Assembly: GCF_052425735.1 (NCBI RefSeq)
Contig: NC_135759.1
Location: 25,730,001-25,794,000 of the forward strand
Length of the DNA: 64,000 bases
Reading direction: 5' to 3'
Source: Oculina patagonica
Taxonomy: Eukaryota
Part shown: positions 1-13,400 of the stretch, piece after piece
Numbering within the stretch: the first letter of the stretch is position 1
How the letters are laid out: each line of letters opens with the position of its first letter
Translations under genes and position numbers: made by a program
Notes under the pieces: model-generated
The model's input: the letters and a program-made list of their open reading frames with translations, nothing else
Database searches by the model: none
What the model was told of the DNA's origin: nothing

Positions 1-244
1 AGATCCAACAGCTTAATCTGCTTAAGTCCCTTATAACAACACCTACACAGCCTATTCCCTGTCACAATCTATTCTCGATTCTTTTTTTAGTTTTGCTTAG
101 TTTTTCCTTAGCATTATTAGTCTTACAATAGCTCTTTTTATTGTAAGACAAATAATGCTAAGAAAAAACTAAGCACTTCCTTAGCATTGACTGTTAAAAT
201 GTATTGCAATTACACTGAGCTAATGTAGATGAAGTGTTCAACAT

Positions 245-440
245 GACACGAGCATGGGACAAAGAAAAATTCTGAGTCCCCGACGGGAATCGAACCCATG
301 GCCTCCCAGATACCGGTTGGGCGCTCTAACCAACTGAGCTACGAGGGACTCGTTGTGAGCTGGGCCATTTTACTAGGTAGATAAGTGACACGCGTCCTGC
401 ACACTGCTATGATCAGCAATGTCGAATTCATCAAGTTTGT
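245..440 (-). mobile_element. tRNA-derived SINE
   Basis: Minus strand has A box TAGCTCAGTTGG and B box GGTTCGATTCC. Near-identical sequence recurs at 15211-15426. Confidence 0.75.
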
Positions 441-1032
441 AGTAAATAATAACACTGAGCTACACTGAGCTAGTTTGGTGAAAACAAGATCTTGCTACGT
501 GAAAAAAGGAACAGAGGGTGTTGAATAATGCCAACACCACTTAGAAAAAAACAACACAACTTTAATCTCACGAAACAGAAATGGAATTTATTACAGAACT
601 AATTATATTTGAGTTAGTAAACACATAACAATAACTACGATTTTATTCAGTTTTATTGTTTTGGCTAGAATACCCTCTTGGTCCACCACTACATTGAGAT
701 GCCTTGCCTGACTGTTAATTTCCCACTAATTTTGATGAAAGACATTTTCAACCAATACCAAAATGGAACTTTTACCTGATGCAATATGGTAGATGTATTC
801 AGAATTCCAAGGCACAAAATACTATCAATGATACACAGTAATTAGCAGTGAGTCAGTGTTATGTTACTATTACCGTACCTGTAGTTCCTATAAACTGCAA
901 GGCATATAGTTATTAAATACTGGTTATAAGATTATAAACATTACATTAAACAAAGGCTAACGATTTAATGAATGGAAAGTGTTTGTTTCTATGCATGTCC
1001 TGGCTGTGTTTCATGACTAATTGACAAGTAGT

Positions 1033-1832
1033 TTATTTCTGAAGTTCAGCCTTGATCATGTCCTCGAGTTTCACGGCATCTACAGCAAACTTTCTGATTC
1101 CCTCTGCCAATTTTTCTGTCGCCATCTGATCCTCATTCAGAAGCCAGCGGAATTTCTTCTCATCAAGAGACACTTTCTCGATGTCAAGTTTTGCCGCTGT
1201 GAAGATATGCAAAACGTTTTCGTTATTACAAATTCATTCTGTAAATTCCTATAATAATACATTAGAGTAACTGATGTAGTCAAATTAGTAAATAAGAAAA
1301 ATATAAGTATAAGAAGTTATTTTGTAACCAATGACAGGAAGCTACGTAACCTTTGCATTACATAACCTTTGCTGTTAAGTTCCCCCTCTCAATTAGTGGG
1401 AAGTTCATTTTTTTTTAACAATTCCCCTTCTATTGCCCCTTCTTTCCTAGATGGAAAATGGTAAATCATGACAATTAACTTTTAAAGTTATGATATGATA
1501 TGGGTGCTTATATAGCACATTTACAAAGCTCGTGATCAATGCGCTTCACAATTCGAATCTATGGGATGAGACCGGACATCAGCATTATAAGGCACCTATG
1601 GCAGCCGCTATCCGTCCATGTGTATGATCTTACTCCACCACCCAACCCATGGAATAGAACAGACTACAACACCGGGAACTTCGTGCCCTACTCTTTGCGA
1701 TGAGTGTGTGGGTTCTTTAACGTCCCCTGCTGATTATAACACTGAAGATGCAGGAGGCGGGGCCTACGGTTTATCGTCCTTATCCGAGAAGACTAGAATG
1801 TCTAACCAGATGTAATTACAAAGGAAGCACAA

Positions 1833-1872
<40 letters not shown>

Positions 1873-4800
1873 TGGGAGTCGAACCCGAGACCTCCCGCAC
1901 GACAGTCCGGCGCTCTACCACTGAGCTAACCGGTTATTCATCCAACACATTTTTATTGTTAAAGTCAACTCTCTCTTAACGAACACTTCCATAAGACGGA
2001 CACCTGGTGATGGTCCCTGCCGTTTTTCAGTCATTTTACTGTAACCAAACCACTATAAGACGGACACTTGAGAAGTGTTTTTATCATGTTTTATTAGTGA
2101 AAATACTTCCAAACTTCGTATCGACCTAAAGCAGAGTTAGTCAGCGCCCTAAGAATACGTGTATACCAAGCTTGCTACGCTTTACCGGATTACTTCTTTG
2201 CTTACATGTATGGACGCTAAAGAGGTAGTTTTCTACTTACAGTATAACATTTTGTAGAAGCTCTCAATTTTTGCTTTAACAAGCAAATACGGTACTTTTA
2301 TTATTTAAGTCTTGTTGCAGTTAGCAAAGGTTTGTTGCATTGTGAAAAGGTTTAGCTTTATTTTCTCAGAATAACTGGTGTCATGTTACTTGACTCTCTA
2401 CAGAGCGAACACCTCTCTAAGACGGCCAGCTGTGGCCAGTCCCGAAGGTGTCAGTCTTAGAGGGAGTTGACTGTACTATTTTGTGAAAATGTGTTAACTT
2501 ACTAAACAGAGCTAAAACATTAAAAAGTCCTGTTTATTTCTTTTATATGTACCCTAACTGCTATATGGTTTGAAAGAAGCCCCCCCCTCACTTCAAACGG
2601 TCTTGAAAAAATAAGCCCCCCCCCCCCTAGGGGCTTAATAACTATTAGCATAAAGGAGTAATTCTACTCCCCCTGAATGGGATGCTAGCTTGTTGCTGGG
2701 TTACTACCAGCATATAATAAATTATTGTTGGCGCCCATTTATACCCCTGGGTGGAGAGAGTCACTGTGAGAGTGTCTTGAAAATGAAATCATTCAGATGA
2801 ACCATTCCAATGATATTTTCTTACCATTCTCAACTGACAGCTTCTGGGAAATTGCCTCTGTGGATTTGTTTAGTTTATCTAGCAGTGAAGGGCTGAAAAT
2901 AATCACAGAACAGTACATATTATAATTATCAATTTATTTGATATTTATTGTGAAACACCTTTAGTTATATTTAATATGGGTAAGAATTAACCCCAGTTAT
3001 GATTTGAGATATCTCTGCCTGTTACAATTTCGTTCACAATGATTTGTAATTAGACAACATAAGGCAACATAATAGTTATGTTACGTACAGGGTAAATTGT
3101 TTGAGTGCGTTTGACAAAATTGTCCAGTCACAGCAGACAACCAATTTTTGGATTCCAAGAAATCCTGACTAAATCCGCTTACATGCAGTGGTATGATTTG
3201 TCCTGAGAGGTAGTTGGCAACCTTAAATACTGACTTTATGTCTGAAAAATGATCTAGCTGTCAGATGAATAGTTAAACTGATGATAATTACTGAACACAA
3301 TTTTTGTCACAAGTCAGTGCCATGATTAATTTACTGACATTTTTCCACTGTTACCTGATAGTAAGCAGATCACATCCAGCTAGTTCAGTAATCTGTCCAG
3401 TATTCCTGAATGATGCTCCCATGACAACAGTTTTGTAACCAAACTTTTTGTAGTAATTATAAATTGCTGTCACACTCTTAACACCTACAGCAAAAAACAT
3501 ACAATCGCATTAGGTGGCCACTCAACATCTTGTTGAAAACTGAAAATTATGTTGTCAAAGGTCTCTGGTACAGTAAAGAAAAATGTTACCATTTGTGGTT
3601 CCTATGTACATTACTTGTAAAGCTATGAACGTGCTATGTGTATGTCTTAATCTGGTCTTTGTGGTGGTGGCTTATCCACATTTTTTGTGTGCTGTGGTGG
3701 TTTACAGAACTTCAAACAGCTATTCTGATACCAGTGGTGGATCCAGACCTTCAGATAAAGGGTGGGGACGGGGGTGGTGTGATCATCTAGACCCTAGAAT
3801 AGGGGGGCCCTCCCCTAGATCCGCCACTGGATACATGATACCTTATTGTTACTTATTTTTGCGGGAACTTAATTTTGCAAAAAATGGAACAGGCATATTT
3901 CACGGGACTTAATTTGCGCGATTTGGCCAAAAAAAAAAGTAAAAAACAAAAATACAGTAAAAAACATGAAAAATAAATTTTCGTGGGTCTTTAATTTTGC
4001 AATTTTAAAAAAAAATCGCAAAAATCACGAAAAATTAAATCCCGCGAAAATAAGTAACAATAAGGTACATATAATGTGGTTGAAACTCCACTTAAAAGTA
4101 TGAACATTATTTGTGTGCAAAGAGAAGTCATAATAATAATAACTGCTTCTACCGATATTTATACACGATAAATGTGTTGCAGCATAGCTGATGTGGTTGT
4201 GCTTACAAATTACTTTTAGTATATGGAGCTAACTAAACTCTTAAATACAATTATATTAATATATGTACAAATTAAAGACTACAAAACTAAGCATTACAAA
4301 CAAACAAAAAATACACAGACTCTAAATGCCTAGTACTTTTAAAGCACCCTTGAAACTTGCCAAGGATTCTTTAAGGCGGGCCTCGTTATTCAGTGAATAC
4401 CATAATGTGGCCCCTTCATAAGTCATCGACTTTTTAAGTCATGAGTGGATTGCTGTAGAGGATTAAAACTTTAAAGTTGTACAATTTTGCCGTAAGATTC
4501 ACCTAACTATAAAGTGGAATCCTGATTTCTTGGACCCCCTGATAACTCAAACCAAAAGCTGCTCAAAGCTCCCAAAAGTTGTAAACACTACAACTTAATC
4601 CCAGATTTTTCGAACTCCTGCTTTCTGAAAACAATTTTTTATTCCTGTATTGTATGTATTGTATTGTATTCCCTTGGAGGATTCCACTGTATCTCTGCTT
4701 ATTAAATTCATTGCTAATAACCTGGATCATCTGCAGGTTGGAATTCCTTCTTGTCTGTGTTCTTCACATACCAATCAAAAATACGCCCAACAAATGGCGA

Positions 4801-7800
4801 GATCAGTGTGACTCCAGCTTCAGCACAAGCTACTGCCTGGAAGAAAAGACAAAAGTCAGGGTATGAGGTGCAGTTATATATTAGGCCTGGCTCACACTAG
4901 CGACATAATGACATAAAGAAAAGTTCAGTTCTTTCCTTATGTTGTTATGCTTATGTCCTTATGTTCCAACTATGTCGTTATGTTATGTTGTTCACACTGG
5001 TGACATAAAATATCAATGTGAGGTGTTTTTTGCATTTGCGTGACCTTGCCGTTATGTTGTTATGTCTCTAGTGTGAACCAGGCCTTAGACCTGTTAGATT
5101 GTGTTTCCCTTTGTCAAGCAAGAAGCCAAACAAAGTGAAAGGAAATTTTTCCCTTGCTTTCTCTTTGAACTAAGGGAAATAAGGGACTGTTATAAGTCTT
5201 CAGGACTGTGTACAATGTTAAAGCCATAACTCCCTGTAACACTCTTTCAAATGTTTTGACTGGATTAAACATTAACACATAAATCTACATGTAATTCCAA
5301 TCACTATTCTTGACGAACTGTGAAGCAGCAGTCTGTACAAACAAAACATGTACATACTGTCAGCGGTCGGTATAAAACGCAGACCATGCAGACTGCAGAC
5401 TGCAGACTGCAGACCGTGCAGACGGTGCAGACCGTGCAGACTGAGTAATTTTTTTCCCTCTTTTTTTACATTGTGTTTCACAAAACGTTTCACGAACGGT
5501 TTCCGAAGTTCGTTTGAAATTCGCGAAGTTCGCTACGAACTTTATCATGAGGGGGAATTTCATTATGTAGTTGTCAATCAAATTACGAACTTCGAAACGA
5601 AATTGTGAATTTCACGTGCAACGAAGTTGAAAGGTTGAGGAGTTCGCAAGTCGAGAAGAAGTTCGTCCAGTTTGTTTAATTTGGTGAAATGAATCCGTTC
5701 ACGGTACAAGGAAAGGCAATTTCAAGTCCAGGAAGGCAGGAAATCATCTAAAGTTGGCTTCAAGGTCAAGGATTATTTTATTTAGCTTCCAGCTTGTTGA
5801 GTTTTCTTCTACTGTCAGAGAGCGCGTTACACTGTAAACATTGGAACTTTTTAAGTTATAGGTAAAACGAACTGGTCGGATATAGCAGTTTATTTGTTAA
5901 GTTCAGGTTTCTAGTTCAATTTTACAACGTAAACAAATGCTTCGGTTTGGTAGTTATGCTTTGGGAATACAGGGTACCGGTTTTCTTGAGAAATCCCCCA
6001 AAAATTCTTACACTGTCCTTAATAATAAAATATAAGTAATTCGTAAATAAATACACATTTCAATTGTTCCAAAGTAAGTGTTGTTTATTAGTAAAAAAAA
6101 AATTTTAACCAAAGCTTATTTTTTTGCAAATATAAATTCTTTCAGAGGAACAGAGTTTATCACGAACAGACAGATGGCGTGACTTGCGTGTTGTGTAAAC
6201 ACAAAAGTATAACAACACGGAATTGAAAAGTTCTGGTTTTCCGCAGATTTTCCAAACTGTGTATTCAAGAAGGAAAACGTTTTTTTCTCTTTAGAAGATT
6301 TTTACGGCACACACAAACAGTATTTTTATATGTAAACCGGTTCATCTGTTGAAATTTTTTCCTTCGAAACTGCACACGGCAGAACTTGTAATCTATTTTT
6401 AGTCTGGTGTCGGGTGACATTGGGAAAACTCAGCAGTTGTAACATTCACAAACCATTTTCAGGGCAGCCTTGCTTTTTAGTCCGTTGATGTCCTGCCTTA
6501 TTGGACTTGGGATTGCTTTTTGCTGTACTGGGAACGGATTCATTTCACCAAATTAAACAAACTGGACGAACTTCTTCTCAACTTGCGAACTCCTCAACCT
6601 TTCAACTTCGCTGCACGTGAAATTCACAATTTCGTTTCGAAGTTCGTAATTTGATTGACAACTACATAATGAAATTCCCCCTAAAGTTCGTAGCGAACTT
6701 CGCGAATTTCAAACGAACTTCGGAAACCGTTCGTGAAAAGTTTTGTGAAACACAATGTAAAAAAAGAGGGAAAAAAATTACTCAGTCTGCACGGTCTGCA
6801 CCGTCTGCACCGTCTGCACGGTCTGCAGTCTGCATGGTCTGCGTTTTATACCGACCGTACTGTCAGTGACATTCACAGAGGAATGTTAATGAAAAAAAAA
6901 AAACATCATGAATAATATTATGTGAATTATTAATAATGGACATGCTTATTTAGTCCTGCCATGATTCAGTAAGGTTGTATTGTTTGTAGTCTCCTTAGCA
7001 GCCATTGTTTCAGGGCTCGTCATGCAATGCTTCATGGTTGCGGAGGGAGCATTGGCTGCGAAGGAGACTATATCGATTGTGGCTTGTGCAGTTTTTGGAC
7101 AATGATTTTTTCAATCAGGTGTAGGCATAGTACAATATTATTATATGGAGGAGAGTGTTTTACGCTACGTCATGTGTGGGACCCGAGTGGCATACTTTGG
7201 TATGTCACTCTTGCGAGTGGCATATCACTCATTGACATCACGATTCACCCCTTTCCTACTTTGTTAAATGAACTTGGTTTCTTGTGCTCTTTGCTTAGCA
7301 AGCATCAACAAGCAGGTTTAATTTGTTTAACTAAGCAATGAAAAAGATGAGTTTTCTGAAAAACTTAAGAACATGATAATGGAAACCTTGACGATTTCAA
7401 GGTTTTTAGAGGGAATTCTTTGTAAGGAATTCCACAAAGTGCAAGATGTGTACAGATGTTGTCTGTCAGTGATGTTTTCAGTTCTAGTTGACAAGTATTC
7501 TGTTTGGCTGGAACTCAGTTAGTGTTTCTATATAAAAATGACATGATTTGTAAAACTGGCTCGATTATTTGAAAACAATGAAATAAAAATCAGCAATATC
7601 AACTCGATCTGGTTTTGATATAATAAAAAGAACATTACATGTATGGAGATATTTTATGTTCTTGTGGCAAATATCGTTTCTGCCACTCAAACATAAAATT
7701 CATACCTCTCTATACAAATTACCTGTGCAAAGGAGAAAAGTAGGGTCATGTTACAGTGAACACCTTCCTGTTCAAGAACCCTATAAAGTGAGGTGCAAGA

Positions 7801-10272
7801 AAATTGGTCAGTTTATAACTCTTGTAATCATCATTTGCAGTCCACCTTTAGCTTAAGTTAATCTTTCCCAATCTTATAAACATCTTTGTAATAATTTAAG
7901 TATGATGATATTATTTTTCTTGTAAAAATAATGTCTCATGATAGCAAAATTGAATACTAACTTAGCAGCTTGGACTCCTTCCCAAGTTGTGCTAAGTTTG
8001 ATAAGGATTCTTTCCTTGCTGATTCCTTCTTCCTCATACAACTTAATAAACTTTCTTGCTCTGTCGAGGGAACCTTCCACGTCGAAGGACAACCTGAACG
8101 CAAAGATTAGAAATATATTTATAAAACAACTCTTACAAACCTTAGATGAAACTTAATAATCTGACATTCTGGCTAAACACAGATCAGATTTTCATGGATA
8201 CACATAAAATGTCACTTGAGATCTTCAAACTTCAACAACTTCCTCAGATCCATGTCATATTACAAACAAGCTGATATTTTGTCGGCTTAGTGCAAGTACA
8301 CTTCTACTTTCAGTTTTTGATGTTTTATTAGCTGTAAGAATAGAGTGGCCATATGCCAACAACAATGGTACAACTTATTGAACTTATGCATGGAATAAAA
8401 AGGTGAAGTCGTTACCAGACAGTAACCCCAAGGTGCAATATGATGTTCTTTGACCCCAAGAAAAGGTGAAATATTAATTTGTTTTACAATAAAGAAAGGA
8501 AGCACTGATTTGTGCCAAAGACTGTTGAATGTCACCCAATTGATCCAATACACAAAGTTAACAAACCTGGCATCAACTTCTGTTGAAACTCGACCTGGGA
8601 TAATCTTCAGTATCTCAAGTCCAAACAGGACAAACTAAACAAAAATAATAACCAGAAATATAGTTAGTAAAGGAGTGTGACAGTTTCAAGAAAATTGCTA
8701 ACCAACATTTTGTTCAGATGTTGTTCCTTGTGTCCTCACTGGCCTTATGTGCGGGCAAGAAATGGGTAATGTACATTTTCTAAGCCAGTCATACAGGTTT
8801 TTGTAGTTTAACAGAGAGAAATCTACATTTTGTACATGGCAGTTCAGTATTTTTTTGTTACTTTTGCCAATGGATAGCCAGTGAGGCCTTATGGTCAGTA
8901 ATTTGTACTAAAAATCCTGAGGTCCACATAATCATGTGAATTTTCAGCTTCAGAGTACCCAGATTATCCAAAGATGTTTCCAAAAATTCCTAAAGATGCT
9001 TGGATGATTTCAAAATGTTTCTGAAGATTATGATGAATCACTATTCTCAGGAACAGTAAGGGATATCAAAAGCTCCAGTTGTGTAAAAGATTGGTAATAT
9101 GATTTTTGTACTTACTAGTTTATCCATTGCTGCAGTTGCTTGCTCTTCCAGAGTGCTTGAATTTTTTTTTAAAAAAAGAATTTTATATTTTAATGTCAGG
9201 TCTGAGAAATATTTGATGGAACATAAAGATACCTTGAGCTAAATCTTTAAATTTTTTAGTTTGTCGTTCTCGTAATAACTTCCTGTAATCTGAAGTAAAT
9301 GAAAGTTGCCATAGTCCAATTGCAGTTACAACGACCATCTTGATTTTGCTCCAGGGCATTTTATAATGCTTTTCAAAATGATTTATTCTTTTATTGTGAT
9401 AATTCTACAATTATTATTATGGATAATAATAAAAATATAATCATTTTATAAAATATTTAAGGATGCCCTGGGGGCAGAATCATTCCAAATTCCAATTCGA
9501 TTGGAAATACATGGCCCCACAAGCTTCTAGCTTTAAACCCAACTGTGTCTANNNNNNNNNNNNNNNNNNNNNNNNNNNNNNNNNNNNNNNNNNNNNNNNN
9601 NNNNNNNNNNNNNNNNNNNNNNNNNNNNNNNNNNNNNNNNNNNNNNNNNNNNNNNNNNNNNNNNNNNNNNNNNNNNNNNNNTATTTGCTGCTCTTCATTT
9701 AAGAAGATGTTTGCACGTGATGTCATTAACATGTCAAGGTGTCAAGACTTATATTAGTGTGTTTATTGCACACAATGAAACCCAATTACGTAAGACACCT
9801 TTAGACTGATATTGGCACCTTAAATCTACAAAAAAATTCACACTTGTGTATTTTTTCCTTTTCATAAAATTCAACCACAACACGCAAATATTTTTCACAT
9901 TCAAGCCTACCATGCGTGAAGCGTGACTTTTATACTCTGACATGCAAACAAGACATGAAGTCAAAATCTACAAAATCGATTCGAAAACTGCATCACCATA
10001 AGTTACCTTCCGTTCGATTTTCCGTACTGCACTGCCTTTTCCAGCAAATGTTTATACTGCGGCATTTTAGAGGCCGCTAGCAGCAGGGATGGGTTGGTTG
10101 TCGCATCAGTGGGTTTGTACTGCGAGATGGCTAGAACGAAAAATCAACCATAGTTCAGCTAAGTTCAGCAGGCAGGATTTTTGCTTTCTCTTTCTTCTGT
10201 CTTACCTTCGAAATCGCCTGAATCCGCGACGACGGTGGTGAATTTTTTCAGCTGTTCCAACGTGGAGGCCAT
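1033..10272 (-). CDS. TALDO1: Transaldolase, 10 coding exons (10272-10206, 10130-10007, 9155-9116, 8634-8567, 8093-7962, 7780-7723, 4836-4722, 3484-3355, 2892-2825, 1196-1033), about 321 aa
   Basis: Spliced translation gives [56 protein letters not shown] (catalytic Lys)..[49 protein letters not shown]. All junctions are GT-AG and phases are consistent. Confidence 0.97.
1490..1935 (-). mobile_element. tRNA-derived SINE with central domain and short-repeat tail
   Basis: Minus-strand head TAGCTCAGTGGTAGAGCG..GGTTCGACTCC, about 350 bp body, (ATATC)n-like tail near 1490. Confidence 0.75.
1962..2475. mobile_element. Tc1/mariner-pogo-like MITE; related copy at about 20467-20675
   Basis: TIR AGTCAACTCTCTCTTAA / GAGGGAGTTGACTGTA, with internal TAAGACGGACAC repeats. 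Confidence 0.7.
3839..4067. mobile_element. TA-flanked MITE
   Basis: TACCTTATTGTTACTTATTTT..AAAATAAGTAACAATAAGGTA inverted termini. Confidence 0.75.
4884..5084. mobile_element. PIF/Harbinger-like MITE
   Basis: TIR GGCCTGGCTCACACTAG / CTAGTGTGAACCAGGCC, TTA on both sides, internal ACATAA/TTATGT repeats. Confidence 0.8.
5364..6857. mobile_element. Mutator/Foldback-like non-autonomous element with about 380 bp TIRs and a 9-bp TSD
   Basis: Starts CGGTCGGTATAAAACGCAGACC and ends GGTCTGCGTTTTATACCGACCG. TACTGTCAG occurs at 5355-5363 and 6858-6866. Confidence 0.92.
9552..9681. other. Assembly gap (130 N)
   Basis: Run of N in TALDO1 intron 2. Confidence 1.
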
Positions 10273-10424
10273 GTTGATCAGACAGGTCAGAAAAGACTGC
10301 AAAGGAGAGGAATTTTCGAAAGAAATGAACTGCAAAGTCACGCGGATGAGCCGATTTCGATCAGCGGCTTCACCCATGAGAAGTAATTTGGATCAGCGGT
10401 TTCTCTCAAGAAGATAGAAACAAG
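10273..10424. promoter_or_regulatory. Bidirectional promoter between TALDO1 and the ankyrin gene
   Basis: The divergent ATGs are only 152 bp apart and the region is CpG-rich relative to its flanks. A YY1-like CAAGATGGCGG overlaps the ankyrin ATG. Confidence 0.7.
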
Positions 10425-13400
10425 ATGGCGGACGGAGCGCAATTGACAACTGCTGCAGCAACAGGCGACGAAAAGGTCAGATATCTCCGAAGTGTTTTCG
10501 TGCTCTACTTGTCTTTGAAGCTGCCATTAAGAGCATTGCATTTTCTCTTAAGATTTCAATTTTAAAATTCTTTTGTTGTTTATTTTCAGTCAGTAAAGGC
10601 GATTTTAGACCGCGGTGTTGATGCCAATTCGTGTTCACCTGAAGGCTTCAGACCCATCTGTATTGCAGCTTTTTGGGGTTACAGCAGTATTGTGCAGCTG
10701 TTGTTGGATCGAGGGTAAGCAAACTGTGTTAGTCTTTTAGTTTGATGGCTGAATGCTTAACTTCTCAAAGCCATTGAAATAATATAAAGTACACACGAAA
10801 AACTACATGTATACACGGCTAACATTCCAGACAGTCATGTCAATGAGACATGCATGTAACAAGGCTTAGGTCATCATCCAGGGTTAAAGAGAGGGCAGAT
10901 CGATATAGATTTTGCAGAGTAGATATCACTGATATATTAAATGCCCTTGTATCGAATAACAAGTGGTTATTAAATTGAACCAATAAACCATATAACGGTA
11001 GATTCATGGTATATGCATGTGGGTTCTTGGTACAACAGTAAAAAATAAATTGTTGTATGGAATTGTCGTCTTTTTTTCTTAGAGCTGACATCAATGCTTG
11101 CAATAGAGGCACAAATTGGACAGCCCTTCATTGTGCAACATTCCAAGGGCATGGCAAAGTTGTAATGTTGCTTATGAATCATAAACCAGATCTGCTGATT
11201 AGGGACAATCTTGGCAGGTAATCAGATTTGTGATTATAATAAAGTTCTTAGTGATCACTGGTCTTAACAAGCCTGGTGACCAATCAGGCTGGTGCTTATC
11301 TCTGTTTCCATAGCAACAAAGTCCCTGGATCAGATCCTTTGCAGGGTTACCCTCAAATTGATTTAATTTGCCAGAACCCATTTATACATCTGCAATCCTG
11401 GACAAACAAACTGAGATAAATGAATGTCATACACTTTTTGCAAATGTCTTAACTTACAAGCTGGAGGAAAAAAAGGATAGGGAGGAGTAGGAAAAATGAG
11501 TGGTAGTACCCAAGTTAGTGGAAATTAGCCAAGTGTCTCAATCGTTTTGTCCAAGATTGTGGGCGAAAAGGTAGTGTGAGAGAAGTGTGTGTTGTCCAAG
11601 AACAAATCACCAAGATCCTGGCTATAGCTAGCTTGGCTTGAACCTGAACTGCTTGATCTGTAGTACGGTGTACAAATCATTAAACATCACTGTGCCTCCC
11701 ACAGTCAGACACCTGCTTCTTACCTTTTTAAAACCATCTACATGTGTGGTAATGTGGTGAAGAAGTTTTTAAAAAACACTGATAATATTACTTTCACTTG
11801 GTAAAAACCTTTTTTATAGTCATGATTATAATTTTTTTCTTGTTGACTTATTTTTCAGATCAGCAGTTGATTTTGCCTCAGCACTTGATGCAATATGGCC
11901 ATTTTTTGCAGGTTTGTTATCTAAAGCACATTCATTTGCTCTGACTTGAAAGCTTAAATACAAAGTTCTTTAGTTAAAAGGCTGAAAAAAATAAAGAAGA
12001 GTGTTAAATTATTTTTCTTTAGCTGCAGGATGCAAGAGAACACCTAAAGCTGAACTTATCAGAATGGATGTTGTGAAAAAGGTAACAAGATCTACTCTGG
12101 ATGTTGCATAATTATTATAACAATCTAAATAAGGGTACAAATGAACATCCATGGTACATTCAGCAATGTTTCAGTCATAATGAGTAATTTCTTAGATATT
12201 GATTTTGTTATGAAATTCAACACTATAAAGTTACGACGTTTTGACCTCTCCTCTAAAATGCGCAGACAACTAGGAGACCTTAGCCAGAAGATCAATGTAG
12301 ACATCAGCCCCGTGTACACGAGTCGGAAAATCAAGGATGAAATCAAAGTGAGAGAAGACAAGCCAGCCCTTGTGAATCAACAATGTGTTGTGTATAACTT
12401 TCAGTGTAACCTGTGTGATGCAGGGTATGTCAGGTATACCTGCCGACTTCTTCACCAACGAATTGAAGAACACAAGGGATCTGCCATTGGTAATCACCTC
12501 AAGAAGCAACACGATATGGTCCCAGATGACATTGCGCAGTTTTTTAAAATTTCAAAGAAGCGTCAGAGCAAGTTTGACTGCCTTATTTTTGAAATGTTTT
12601 TTATCAAAGAACTGAAACTAACTCTAAACAAACAATGCAATTCCATCCGTGTGAAATTATTTGTTTAGGTCTGTTTTTAATTACTTTAATTGTTTCCATA
12701 GTTTTAAGTCTTTTTGACATTTAAACTTCATGAATATTTTGTCACTTATTTTTACATATTTTATCGCATTTCAGCCTTCATGACATTTTTGCCTTTTTAC
12801 TATTTTTAATATAATTTTATATTTTACTCCCACTTGAAAATGACCTCGGAGAGGTCGAAACGTCATAACTTTATAGCGTCGAGTTTCAGTCATAACTTGC
12901 AAAAATAGAGATTGACCATTTCCATTTCCATCCATTGACATTCCATCTGGAACATTATCTGTGTTTTTCCTCTCAAAAATTAATATTCTTGAACCGATTG
13001 CAAAATCATCCGGACATTGGCTGCGGTCACATCTAGACTTCTACTATAGTTAAGATGGCGTTAACTATAGTTAGCTATTTTGGTAATGTGACCGCTTCTC
13101 TGTTCACCCTAACTATAGTTAGGAAATTTACGCCTCGCTGATCCAAAACAATACACACTAACTATAGTTATACCTAAGCAAGGTTCATGGGTTAGTCTTA
13201 AGTTTAAAAACGAAAAACCAATCAGAAAGCTACAATTTTTTTCGCACGTGCGAGATGAACATAAATATGCAAAACAAAGCGTGAAGGGAAGGAAAAAAGA
13301 AAAGCAACATGCCAAAAAAATTACATATCACCAATGTTAGCAAAAATAAAGCTTGAATTCTTAGGCGTCTGGCATCCTTACTTTATTTTATTTTCTTCAA

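Noticed and set aside
275-345. tRNA gene
   Set aside because: It is embedded in a longer dispersed repeat that recurs at 15211-15426, so it is a SINE head.
5272-6915. Near-identical ORFs on opposite strands (5360-5581 and 6651-6869)
   Set aside because: They are by-products of the long TIRs of a non-autonomous element and show no protein features.
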